A stretch of DNA of 63,778 nucleotides, counting the filler, from Dugesia japonica (lineage: Eukaryota): assembly GCA_001938525.1 (NCBI GenBank). It is 5 parts of 5 records of this genome, joined end to end, with 100 filler letters (N's around TTAATTAATTAA, not from the genome) between each part and the next. Parts side by side here need not be neighbours in the genome. Positions count along the whole stretch, not along the records: positions 1 to 17,723 come from MQRL01425888.1; positions 17,824 to 29,833 come from MQRL01641171.1; 3 more parts are not named here. The stretch is one strand, 5' to 3'. The position numbers were made by a program, and so were the translations under genes. Position 1 is the first letter of the stretch, and every line of letters begins with the position of its first letter. Positions 13,227 through 23,475 of this stretch are shown one piece after another. Below the pieces are notes generated by a model that made no database searches, was not told where the DNA came from, and saw only the letters and a program-made list of their open reading frames with translations.

Positions 13227-13303
13227 AAGCGACCGAAGGAAGCGGTAGAAGCAGTAGTTTTTCCCTTCATTTTAGAATTTTTATTTTATATTAATATTAA
13301 ACA

Positions 13304-13687
13304 ATGTTAAATTATTACTACAATAAAATGTCAAATATTACAGAACAAGGTTTAATAGATTTGATTAATAGTAACAAATGTAAATCTGTTACTATTAATG
13401 GAAAAAAATATTGGATTAGAAAACGAGTCAAAGAAGAATTAAAAAAACATCAAGGTAAATTTTTGCCGCTTTTGGGTTTAATTTCTGAAATAGTTGCTGG
13501 AATAAGTGCAGCTGCCACTGCTGGTGTAGCCGGAGCAGCTGCCAGGATTGCATCTGCAGTCGCAAATTCACGAGAAGCAATTAAAAAGAGTAAAGAAATT
13601 ACTGAAATTGAAAAAAGAACAGAATTTTTGGATAAAGAATGGAACAAAAAAGGTCGAGATCATGTTCTAAAAGAATATGCAGTCTGA
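13304..13687 (+). CDS. Small Polinton/adintovirus virion protein with a GG|FLP-like amphipathic Ala/Gly segment
   Basis: Basic N-terminus, then HQGKFLPLLGLI...AGISAAATAGVAGAAARIASAV, resembling the recurrent GGFLP...GGAAGIA proteins of these elements. Confidence 0.65.
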   Translation: MLNYYYNKMSNITEQGLIDLINSNKCKSVTINGKKYWIRKRVKEELKKHQGKFLPLLGLISEIVAGISAAATAGVAGAAARIASAVANSREAIKKSKEITEIEKRTEFLDKEWNKKGRDHVLKEYAV

Positions 13688-13696
13688 GATGTAAAA

Positions 13697-16223
13697 ATGA
13701 AAAAATTTAATAATGAACAACATCAAAAGGAAAATGCACAACGATTACTTTTAATTCAACAATTGTACAAGGAATATGTAAATGATTATGAAATTAAAAC
13801 ATGTCGTGAAACAATGGTTGAATTAAAACGAAATCCTGAAGTAAAATAGAATTATCATAAAGTAGAATCTGAATCCTTGAACGAATTTCGACAAAGAATT
13901 AATTTTAATGAAATTGAAAAATATAGATTAAAAATTATGAATATAATCAAAATATTCTTTGATAATTATCAGAAAACAGTTTTTTATTTGAGTTTTTCAA
14001 CGAAATTTGAAAAAGATTATGGTGAAAATACAAATCGAACATGGTTTCGTGATTTTACAATTTCTGCTGGAAAGATTACAATTGAGTCTGACATTTCAAT
14101 TGTAGTTGATGTTATTCTAGATCAATTGAATCAAGAATTTTCGAAGTAAAAGGAGAAGGATCAGGTTGGTCATTTGATTTTTTGAATCATTTACAATTTA
14201 TTTATCAAAAAATAAATCATTGACTGAACAAAGTTTTTCTCCTTTACCTCGTGAATCGTCTTCAACAGTTGGTTTATTAAACATTAAAAATCCAGACAAC
14301 AAATGTTTTGATTATTGTATTCAAGCTCATTTGAATCCTTTATTGAGTGATTCGATTTATAATTATATTGACAATTTCTTTAATTTGGAATTTCCAGTTA
14401 AAATTTCAGACATTAAAAAGTTTGAACGTGAAAACAATTTCTTGGTCAATGTATTTGAAATTGTACCAGATCAACAAGAGCAAAAGAAAATTGTTAAACT
14501 ATACAATTCTCATTTTGATTCTAGGTCTGTCTTCAGTTAGAAAATGTAATTTATTATTTTTCAATAATCATTATATTCTCATTCGTGATTTGCATAAAAT
14601 ATAAAAGAGAAAATGACAAATTACATTCCAAATATTTATCACTTTTTTAATATTCTAAAGCAAAAAAAATGTCAGAAATAGCATATGAAATATTTAAAAA
14701 TGAATATTCCAAATTTAAGCATCTATTGGAATATACATTATACTATATGAAACTAGATGTACTAATTCTTACAGATTTCTTTGAAAATTTCAAACAAATA
14801 TCAATATACAGAAATGGAATCGATCTATTATATTGTTATTCTACACCAGGGTTAACATGGAAAATTGGCATGAAAGTTTCAAATTTAGAATTGAATTCTC
14901 CAAAAGAATAGAATTATGATTTATATCTAACCATTGAACAAGGAATACGTGGAGGTTATTCTGGTGTATGTGGTAATAGACATGTAGTGGCTGATGACGA
15001 GCACACTATAAAATGTCTAGATCAAAATACTTTATATTCTGCATGCATGACTGAAAGATTACCATTTGGTAAAATGAAATGGGCAAATGATTTGATCTAT
15101 CAACCGACAAGTAATGAATTTTTAATCCTAAATAATAAATAATTTTAAACAGATTATATTTATACAGTAGATTTAATTTATCCAAAAACAATAAATGACA
15201 AGACAAAATATTATCCACTAGCAGTAGACAAACAAATTGTCGATTACAATCAATCATCAGATTATCAAAAGAAATTATTGGGCACCAAGAAACAAAGTAA
15301 ATGTCCAAAATTAATTACGAATCAATTGGATAAAAAATATTATGTATGTCTGAACCAGGTTTTGGATTTCTATCTTGAACAAGGAATGCAATTGACAAAT
15401 GTACACAAGAAAAGTATAATAAAAACAAATCACTGGCTTAAAGATTATATTGAATCAAACATTACCAATAGAAATCTTGCCAAGAGAAATCACGATGCAT
15501 TTGGTGACAGTTTCTTTAAATTATTAAATAATGCATTTTATGGCAAGAGTCTAGAAAATGTTCGTAATCGTGAAAACTTACACTTGGCTACATCTGAAAG
15601 AATGATTAAAAATGCTGCATCAAAACCATCATTTAAATCTTCAATTATAATTAATGACCAAGTTGCTTTATTAAAAAATTTCAATTCATCAATCATGTAT
15701 AATAAATTTCCATATATTGGCTTCTTTGTTTTGGAATATGACAAATTGATAATGTACAAGTTTGTATATCATTACATGGAAAGTTTGATACCAGGACAAT
15801 ACAAAATCCATTTTTCAGGTACATATTCTCTAATAATGAAATTTATTCATCCTAACCAATCATGGGATGAATTTAAAATGAAAATATAACATTTATTTGG
15901 GAATAATCTTTTCCATATGAAGGATGAATTTCCAAATAAAGTAATTACTGAGGAATTTTTCATCAAGCAAAATCTTATTGCTAGTAAAGGAAAACACCAA
16001 ACACAAGGGAGTAAGTAAAACAAATCTCTTGACTAGTTTACATTATAAAAATGTCTTGTATAATAATGAAACTATCCAAGGAAAAAATTATTCAATAAAT
16101 TCCAAATTAAATGTTGTAAAAGAAACCCAACAAGTGAAAAAGGCACTAACCCCATTTGATGATAAAAGATACATTTTGAATGATTGTATTACAACTCTAC
16201 CATATGGATTTCATAAAAAATGA
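13697..16223 (+). pseudogene. Protein-primed family B DNA polymerase, frameshifted and internally deleted
   Basis: GEGSGW, LNIKNPDNKCF, YMKLDV (ExoIII), STPGLTW, GIRGG, LDQNTLY, FFKLLNNAFYGKSLEN, degenerate FSGTYSL for YxDTDS, KHKGV, PFDDKRYI...TLPYG; ExoI/II region missing near 14610. Confidence 0.93.
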
Positions 16224-16425
16224 ATAAAATAAAATATGATATTAAATATGATCCAAAGGAACCAATAGAAATTAAAAATAAAAATAAACAACTTGATAAA
16301 TAATCATTCATCATTTTTAATCAATTTTAATAATCATTTTTAATCACCATGTTCATTTACCATGTTCATTCATCATATTTAATATCCTTTTAAACCACTC
16401 GTTTAAATTTTCGTTGCTGCTAGAA

Positions 16426-16530
16426 TTTTACATCATCATTTACATCATCAATTCACATCATCATTTACATCATCAATTTAGATCATCATTTACATCATCA
16501 ATTTACATCATCATTTACATCATCATTTTA
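16426..16530. repeat. Tandem 12-13-bp TTTACATCATCA(A) array; inverted copies at 11715-11740
   Basis: About 8 visible units; GATGATGTAAAATGATGATGTAAAAT at the MCP stop is the reverse complement, followed by (GACT)n. Confidence 0.85.
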
Positions 16531-16955
16531 AATAAACATTCCTCGTTTAAATTTTTATTCACCATTTAAATTTTCATATTAAATATCGTTCCCCGATTTA
16601 ATTTTAATATTAAATATCATTCCTCGATTAAATTTTTATTGCCGCTTGATTTTGCCAATTAGAATTTTAAATAACCAACACGACTAAAAATAAAAAAACT
16701 GTTGAAATTTAAAATCAAAATCAAAATTCCAAATCAAAATCAAAATTACAAATTAAATTAAAATACCAAATAGAAAATACGAGCAGAGATATATAATCGG
16801 GAATAAGCACCTTTGTCCTTTTCATCCTCAACTGTTGGCCATGAAAGCGGAAAGTCACCGTTGGCCGCTTCTACCCCAAATGAAAAATCACTGTTTGAGT
16901 GGGCAATAGTTAAGTGGGGGGGTGGGGTGCCTATTCCCGACTTTATATTTCTACT

Positions 16956-17239
16956 TACAGGATCATACTTTATAAGTCGTAATGCAGGAAACAATTCTAG
17001 TGTAAACCAGCAATTTGTTGTTTTTGCTAATTTATACAAATTGATTACAATTGTTAATGATTGCAAACAAAAATCTTTAATATAATATTGTAATTTTTCC
17101 ATTTCCAACGGTTTTTACATCCCATTATTCGACAATTTCCTGATTTTAAGAATATTATTGTATACTTACCGATAGGAAACTTCATTTTGCTTGTTACATC
17201 TTGTGTCACTTTACCTTTGTAATTAATATTAACTAACAT
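16956..17239 (-). pseudogene. TATA-binding-protein-like gene, frameshifted and truncated by element A
   Basis: MLVNINYKG...YTIIFLKSGNCRIMGCK (compare TBP IFxSGKxxxxGxK), then after a frameshift QSLTIVINLYKLAK...FTLELFPALRL (compare YEPELFPGL). Confidence 0.7.
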
Positions 17240-17357
17240 TACTAATGATTTTTATTAAATGTTCGTGTATATATGTATTTTTCAAAAATAAAATTGATTG
17301 ATTCATTTAAACAAAGTCAAACAGTATAATAAACAATCCATTAAATTAAATCTGTAA

Positions 17358-17665
17358 AATATTGAGTTAAGAAATGATGCTGTTTATCAAATTAAGGGTT
17401 TAAGCGGTAGTGGAAAAATCTTATTTGTATGCAAGTTACTAAAATCTAATTTATTTAAATTAAAGTTTAACAAATATATTGGCACAGAGGTGCAGATGAA
17501 GAGCATGGGTTGACACAATCAAAATTTTCCAAATTTAAAAGGAAAATTATAAATGAATTTGATAAAAATTGGAGCAAGAAATTGAAACCAGGTTATGTTA
17601 TCGTAGTAGATGATCTGTATCAGGAGACAAACAAAGAAAAGGACTTTAATAATTTTGTGAGGTAG
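17358..17665 (+). pseudogene. FtsK/HerA-type (A32-like) packaging ATPase fragment
   Basis: Walker A KGLSGSGK, one frameshift, then Walker B YVIVVDDL; not in the ORF track. Confidence 0.85.
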
Positions 17666-17723
17666 ATTAAATAGACAGATTGATTCAAGGAATTTTTTTG
17701 TGGCAAATCAATAAAAAAGTAAT

Positions 17724-17823
17724 NNNNNNNNNNNNNNNNNNNNNNNNNNNNNNNNNNNNNNNNNNNNTTAATTAATTAANNNNNNNNNNNNNNNNNNNNN
17801 NNNNNNNNNNNNNNNNNNNNNNN
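17724..17823. other. Artificial contig-join spacer (also about 29834-29933, 44894-44993, 54958-55057)
   Basis: 100-bp blocks of N with a central TTAATTAATTAA, which puts stops in all six frames. Confidence 0.9.
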
Positions 17824-17837
17824 TATTATCAAGACTT

Positions 17838-19234
17838 TAAGACATCAAACTACAATAACAATAATAACAACAACAATAACAACAAATTTTCTAAAAACGA
17901 TTAGCAATTGAAAACATCCATCAATTTCCATACACGAATTTTGATGCAATTTTTTCTTTTGTAACCCTGTAGTAAATGTTTGACTTTAACCATAACATCT
18001 TGAGCGGGCATACATGGATTTTCAGAATTGTCATACCAATTGAAGTCAGTCGCTTGAATATAGAAAGATTTTTCATATGAATATTTTTTTCCATTTCTGT
18101 TTCAATTTGACGTAATTCATCTTTCAAAAATTGAATATTTCTATCTGTCAATTGCGATATCTGGAAGCCGAATTTAACTTTTTGCAACTTGACAACGTCC
18201 GGTAGAAGCAACGATTTATGCTCTTTAAGGAAAGCCATTTGATAACCATGATAAGTTACCATCGGATTAAAATTTCCCAAAGAAAATAAAATTAATGGAA
18301 TAATAGTACAATTATAATTAAATAAAACCATCAAAGTTTTGCTTTTCCTCACCAAATATTTCTTCATAAGTTAATTTTCTTCGATTTTGATCTATTTGTT
18401 CATTGAATTGACAAGAAAAATCAAGCATCTTTTTCAGTCGTCTCATTAATTTGAGAATGAATTCTACCTTTCTTCCACCTTCGGTATATGTTTGCAGCTC
18501 CTCANNNNNNNNNNNNNNNNNNNNNNNNNNNNNNNNNNNNNNNNNNNNNNNNNNATCAAGACATCAAACTACAATAACAATACTAATAATAATAACAACA
18601 ATAACAACAAGTTTTTTAAAAAGGATTAACAATTGAAAACGTCCATCAATTTCCATACAGGAATTTGGATTCCATTTTTTTTGTAACCTTGCAGTAAAAT
18701 TTTAACTTTAACCATACCATCTTGCACGGGCATACACGGATTTCCAGAATTGTCATACCAATTGAAGTCCGTCGCTCGAATATANNNNNNNNNNNNNNNN
18801 NNNNNNNNNNNNNNNNNNNNNNNNNNNNNNNNNNNNNNNNNNNNNNNNNNNNNNNNNNNNNNNNNNNNNNNNNNNNNNNNNNNNNNNNNNNNNNNNNNNN
18901 NNNNNNNNNNNNNNNNNNNNNNNNNNNNNNNNNNNNNNNNNNNCTCTTTAAGGAAAGCCATTTTATAACCATGATAAGTTACCATCGGATTGAAATTTCT
19001 TAAAGAAAATAAAATTAATGGAATAATAGTACAATAATAATAAAATAAAACCTTCATTGTTTTGATTTTCCTCACCAAATATTTCTTCATAAGTTAATTT
19101 TCTTCGATTTTTGATCCATTTGGCCATGTTCATTGAATTGACAAGAAAAGTCAAGCATCTATTTCAGTCGTCTCATTAATTTGAGAATGAATTCTACCTT
19201 TCTTCCACCTTCGGTATATGTTTGCAGCTCCTCA
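17838..19234. repeat. Tandem duplication of about 720 bp
   Basis: About 17838-18504 versus 18556-19234; diverged through the coding part and nearly identical near 18440-18504 / 19170-19234. Confidence 0.85.
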
Positions 19235-19262
19235 ATTGCTTTTTCAACTGGTTTTTTGTCAT
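18626..19262 (-). pseudogene. Intron-containing unknown gene, possible OB-fold ssDNA-binding protein; second copy at about 17903-18504
   Basis: Removing a 39-nt GT-AG intron (19159-19197) and a ~52-nt intron (about 19000-19051, acceptor mutated) joins MTKNQLKKQ...RCLTFLVNS...EEIFGEE...NFNPMVTYHGY...VKVKILLQGYKKNGIQIPVWKLMDVFNC. Confidence 0.5.
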
Positions 19263-19680
19263 CTTCAATGGAAATGTAGCGAGAGTTATTCATCATTATC
19301 ATCATTTGAAATTTATGATAAAATGAAAAATGGCATTTCCTTATAAACTATTTTACTTAATCAATAGTATTGATGTCATCAAACAACATTTTGGCAAATT
19401 AAAATATTTATTGCATCTGCATTGCTACTGTTTAATTTAATGTTTTTAAATTAAAGAGAAAAAGAAAAAATACATCCAAATTTGTATTAGATAATAATAA
19501 ATTTAACAATCATTTGAACAATAATNNNNNNNNNNNNNNNNNNNNNNNNNNNNNNNNNNNNNNNNNNNNNNNNNNATATACCTTGTTTTTATTTCTTATT
19601 TAATATGTTTAATTTAATGTTTTTAAAGTAAAGAGAAAAAGAAAAAATAAATCCAAACTTTTTATTAGATAATAATAAAT

Positions 19681-19875
19681 TTAACAATCATTTAAACCAT
19701 AATCGTTTTCAACATCATCCATAAGGTTTTTCTTTTCATCATCCATATCGTTTCCTTCGTCTTCATTTGAATCAAGCATGTTTTTAGATGAAGCAAGTTT
19801 CAAAACTTCTTCAATCAACGTAGTTGCATATTCATTGATAATGAACAAACTTTGTTTTTCCTCTTCAATATTCAT
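19681..19875 (-). CDS. Small acidic hypothetical protein
   Basis: ATG-initiated 64-aa D/E-rich ORF transcribed divergently from the TBP-like gene. Confidence 0.35.
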   Translation of the reverse strand: MNIEEEKQSLFIINEYATTLIEEVLKLASSKNMLDSNEDEGNDMDDEKKNLMDDVENDYGLNDC

Positions 19876-19965
19876 AATTGTAAAGAATTTTTAATCACCA
19901 TATTGATTTTGTTTATAGTCAAAAAGTATAAATAGACCGAAATAAGTCACTTTTATTTTGTAATT

Positions 19966-20167
19966 ATGTCATTGTCAAATATTTGATTATAAAGGATATA
20001 TTACTGAAAATTTAGATAGTCTTCAATTTAGTTATAAACCGAAACAATGTGTATTAAAATATCCCGATTATACAATAATCATATTTCAAAATGGAAAATG
20101 TAGAATAATGGGATATAAAATGCCATTAGAAAGAAAAGACCTTCCATTCAAGATAAAGGAGATTTAA
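19966..20167 (+). pseudogene. Second TBP-like gene (N-terminal repeat only)
   Basis: MSLSNI[fs]DYKGYITE...KPKQCVLKYPDYTIIIFQNGKCRIMGYKMPL...PFKIKEI*; homologous to the 17239 gene; TATAAATA at 19927. Confidence 0.7.
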
Positions 20168-20717
20168 GTAATAATAATAATAGTAATATAAAACAACTTT
20201 AATATTTTTTTTTAGTTTGTCGTTTCAACCATTTGACAATTGAAGACGAATTANNNNNNNNNNNNNNNNNNNNNNNNNNNNNNNNNNNNNTATTTCAAAT
20301 TGTCTTATTATCTTTCGAAATTATAATAGTAATAAAATTTAATAAAAATAGTTTCATAAAATATTTATTTTTAAGACTAAAAAAACTTAAATTTCAAAAA
20401 AAAATAATATTCAAAAAATATTTTCACTTTTCACAAATTTTTTTTTATTTTTCTACTAAATAAAATATCTATTTCCCATTACAAAAATAAACTTTCAAAA
20501 AAGTATTCTAAAAGTTGCTCAAAAATATAGGAAGAATCACGGAAAGGAACTTTGTAACGTTATATCGTCACCAATATTCTATAAAAAAATTTCACAAAAT
20601 TATCATTAGACTCTACATATTTTCCTATATTTTTTCAGTTTTTAAAATATTCAATTATCTAAAAATATTATTTTATTTTTTCATAAAAAATTCAGAAAAA
20701 ATTCAAGAAAATGTTTT

Positions 20718-20974
20718 ATTGCCATAGTAACAGTTGCCAAACATCCGCCCACCTTAGCTGCACATTACCCACTAAGTTTCCGCGCGCCATTCTCCTTAGT
20801 TACCGCACAAAATCAATTTTTTCAAATCTCTGTTGGTTGCCATGGAAACCGTCGTGATCACGGTTCCGGTACCGTTACCATGACTACAATCGCGATCACC
20901 GTTTTTAGTTGCTGAGATGTTTTAGTTATCAAGCCCCCTCCCCCCTTGTCCTCAACTCCTCCCTTCTATCTACT
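20718..20974 (+). mobile_element. GC-rich right terminus ending CTATCTACT, with X-box and E2F-like motifs
   Basis: GTTGCCATGGAAAC at 20836-20849, near-copies at 20718 and 20874, TTTCCGCGCGCC at 20777, C-tracts, then CTATCTACT ending 20974. Confidence 0.55.
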
Positions 20975-21389
20975 GATGGCGCCAGTCATAATTGTTTTAC
21001 AATTGCAATTATTGCGAGAATAATTGTCGGACATAACCATTGATCGTTTTACAGAATTCATTTAAAATAAAAGCTTCGATCAAAAAAATTTTTTTTTGAT
21101 ATCATAATTTAGTCCAAATGAAATTTATAACTAAATGTTTTGCAAGAAATTGTATGCCATTGTATTAAGATTGTCTATACCTTACAACACAATACTCCTA
21201 ATGCTGTTTTCACATGATAGATACGTTCCTCAAAAAGATACAGTAATTATATAAAAACGAGGTACTGGTTTCACATTTGAAAATAAATTAAAATAATGTC
21301 CCTCACATATACGAATTTATCTTATTTATGTAAATTACACCATTTATTTTGTTTTATAAATAGCTATTTATAAAAAATAATTTATATAA

Positions 21390-21699
21390 CAGTGGTGCAT
21401 GACATACGGCCTGTAACTATGTTACATGCGGCCCACGACCTAAGTCCATGAAAAATCTAAAATATATTTTTTATAGAAATATAATTTTAAACAACCAATA
21501 TTTCACGGAATCATTACGATCTCCTCCCAAAAACTAGCTACGAAATGGCACTTTAACAGTGCTATTTTAAATTTTCTACTTTATATGGGATAGTATAGTA
21601 CCTTTCATACCAGATACTTTAATATCAGCCCGACAATTTTGTATGCATGGATAGTGACATTGATTTAAATTGATGTTGAAAAACGATTGTGCACTCCTG
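21390..21699 (+). mobile_element. hAT-like MITE, copy 1
   Basis: Ends CAGTGGTGCA... and ...TTGTGCACTCCTG; internally similar to 50685-50953. Confidence 0.65.
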
Positions 21700-21929
21700 A
21701 TTTTGAATAACTAAACAAATTCAATAAAATCAATAATAATTTAACAAAAAAATATTATTTTATTCAGATTGTTAACTGGAAATTTTGCTTTAGCGTTAAT
21801 AATAACTTTTTGAATTCGAGATATTTACTTCAATAACAACATTAAAACAAATGATTTTATTTGTTTATAAGTATTAAAATATTAATACTACATTACTACC
21901 TCCTCTAATCTGGAGACTTCTTGAGGATG

Positions 21930-22370
21930 AATGCTGGGCATATCCTATTCACTGAAACGTTTTCTAGTTTGCCTTTTTTCATTATATGTAGTACCTAACT
22001 ATCACTGTGTCGATTTGTTATTGAACAAGCCCCTTCTTAAATTGGCTGAAGTGGGCTTCTGTTTTCACTTTTGATCAAATCACTTTTGCACTTTTCCATT
22101 ATTTTATTCATGGCTTTCATTGTTGAAATTGTGGTTCTATGTAATATTGCAGCTTTCAATTTCTTATATGTGGCTTTCACTTGATGATCCATTTCATGTG
22201 ACACCTAGTACAATATATTTGGTGTCAGACTGGTAAGTAAGTAAAATTATTTTTTCCTTGAATTTTGAATTTTTGATTGCTTAAAAGCTGTATCAACTTG
22301 GGCAAATCAATTTGCTACGTTTGTAAAGTAATTTCGCATTTTGATTTGGAGAGTATAATCATCTCCACTT
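21930..22370 (-). pseudogene. Gypsy-type gag N-terminal remnant (DUF7041-like)
   Basis: FAQVDTAFKQSKI...FYLLTSL...YKKLKAAILHRTTIS...ENRSP resembles WFAQVE..F...KF...Y..LK..L..R...S...DRKPS. Confidence 0.55.
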
Positions 22371-22948
22371 TTGACACCATTATTGTTAGCTAGAAATTCT
22401 GATTAAGCCATAATAAAAATTTCTTGAATTGGTAATATTTATTTTAAAAACAATATTTAATGAAATAATTTGATTTGTTCATTAGTATTAAAATAGTAAT
22501 ACTACAACTCATAAAAACTGAAAAATAAGGAAAGAAACTATTTCAACAAAACAAAAAAATAGAAATTCTGAACCATATGTTTTCTGGTAATTGCAGTTTT
22601 ACACTACAAAAGAAAATAAAAGATTATATATGTTTTTCCATTGAAACAAATTTTTAATGAATTTTTTTGATCATTTAAAATCAAATTCACGCAAAAATAT
22701 GATAACGTAAAAACCGAATTGGTTGCATATGAGATTGGTAGATTAGAATAAATTATATTAGAACATATATAAAATGTTAGAGAAATATCAGGATTCAATA
22801 TTTGAAATTCAAATGAAAATACAAAATTCAACAAAAACACGTATTAAAATTTAATTTTAGTATTTTCAATATATATANNNNNNNNNNNNNNNNNNNNNNN
22901 NNNNNNNNNNNNNNNNNNNNNNNNNNNATATATATAAATATATGCAAT

Positions 22949-23342
22949 AAAATATGTCATTTATAAACTAGCATGCATTATATGTAAAGAAACATATATA
23001 GGTCAAACATCCAAAACCAATCGATCAAGAATTAAGAAACATCACGAGCAAAAAGAAAGTGAAGTCTTCCAACACTCTCAACACAAACATACAATTTCAC
23101 CAGAACTACATCATATAACATATTATACGCTAGGAACAGGCTACATTTGCACAATTTACAGGAAGAAACATGAATAATTACTAATTAAAAATGATAAATC
23201 TGAAATCAATATAATTTATAATAATTAAATAAATCAAACAATTAAAATTTAATAAAATAAAATAAATAAATAGTTTTTTTTATTTCAATAATAAATCTTG
23301 AATATATCAAAAGGTGAAAATCTGAAGAAGTCAAAATTAGAA
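22949..23342 (+). mobile_element. Penelope-like element 3' part: GIY-YIG remnant and start of the pLTR
   Basis: KYVIYKLACIICKETYIGQTSKTNRSRIKKH...SEVFQH, followed by CTGAAGAAG at 23322 just before Polinton B. Confidence 0.8.
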
Positions 23343-23475
23343 AGTATGTGGTTAGGTGAATTATCACACTTTGAGTGTAAACTTTCAAAATGAAAATACT
23401 GAACTTTCATAATCTAAATGTTTTTTATGTGTGAATTTTCTCGTCTTAATATAAATAATGAACTTTCACACCTTA

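Larger units (their letters stand above)
9770..16955 (+). mobile_element. Polinton/Maverick (adintovirus-like) element A, left-truncated and decayed
   Basis: Co-oriented MCP, PLA2-integrase, small GG|FLP-like protein and pPolB; repeat-rich then GC-rich right end finishing ...TTTATATTTCTACT at 16955. Confidence 0.9.

Noticed and set aside
13697-16223. Stop-codon reassignment or programmed frameshifting in element A
   Set aside because: Mixed stop types, frameshifts, a large deletion and loss of the catalytic DTD motif indicate ordinary decay.
16813-17085. 90-aa plus-strand ORF
   Set aside because: Spans the element A terminus and the antisense of the TBP-like gene; no ATG and no motif.
17768-17779. 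TTAATTAATTAA palindromes as biological sites
   Set aside because: Identical and centred in 100-bp N blocks four times, so they are assembly linkers.
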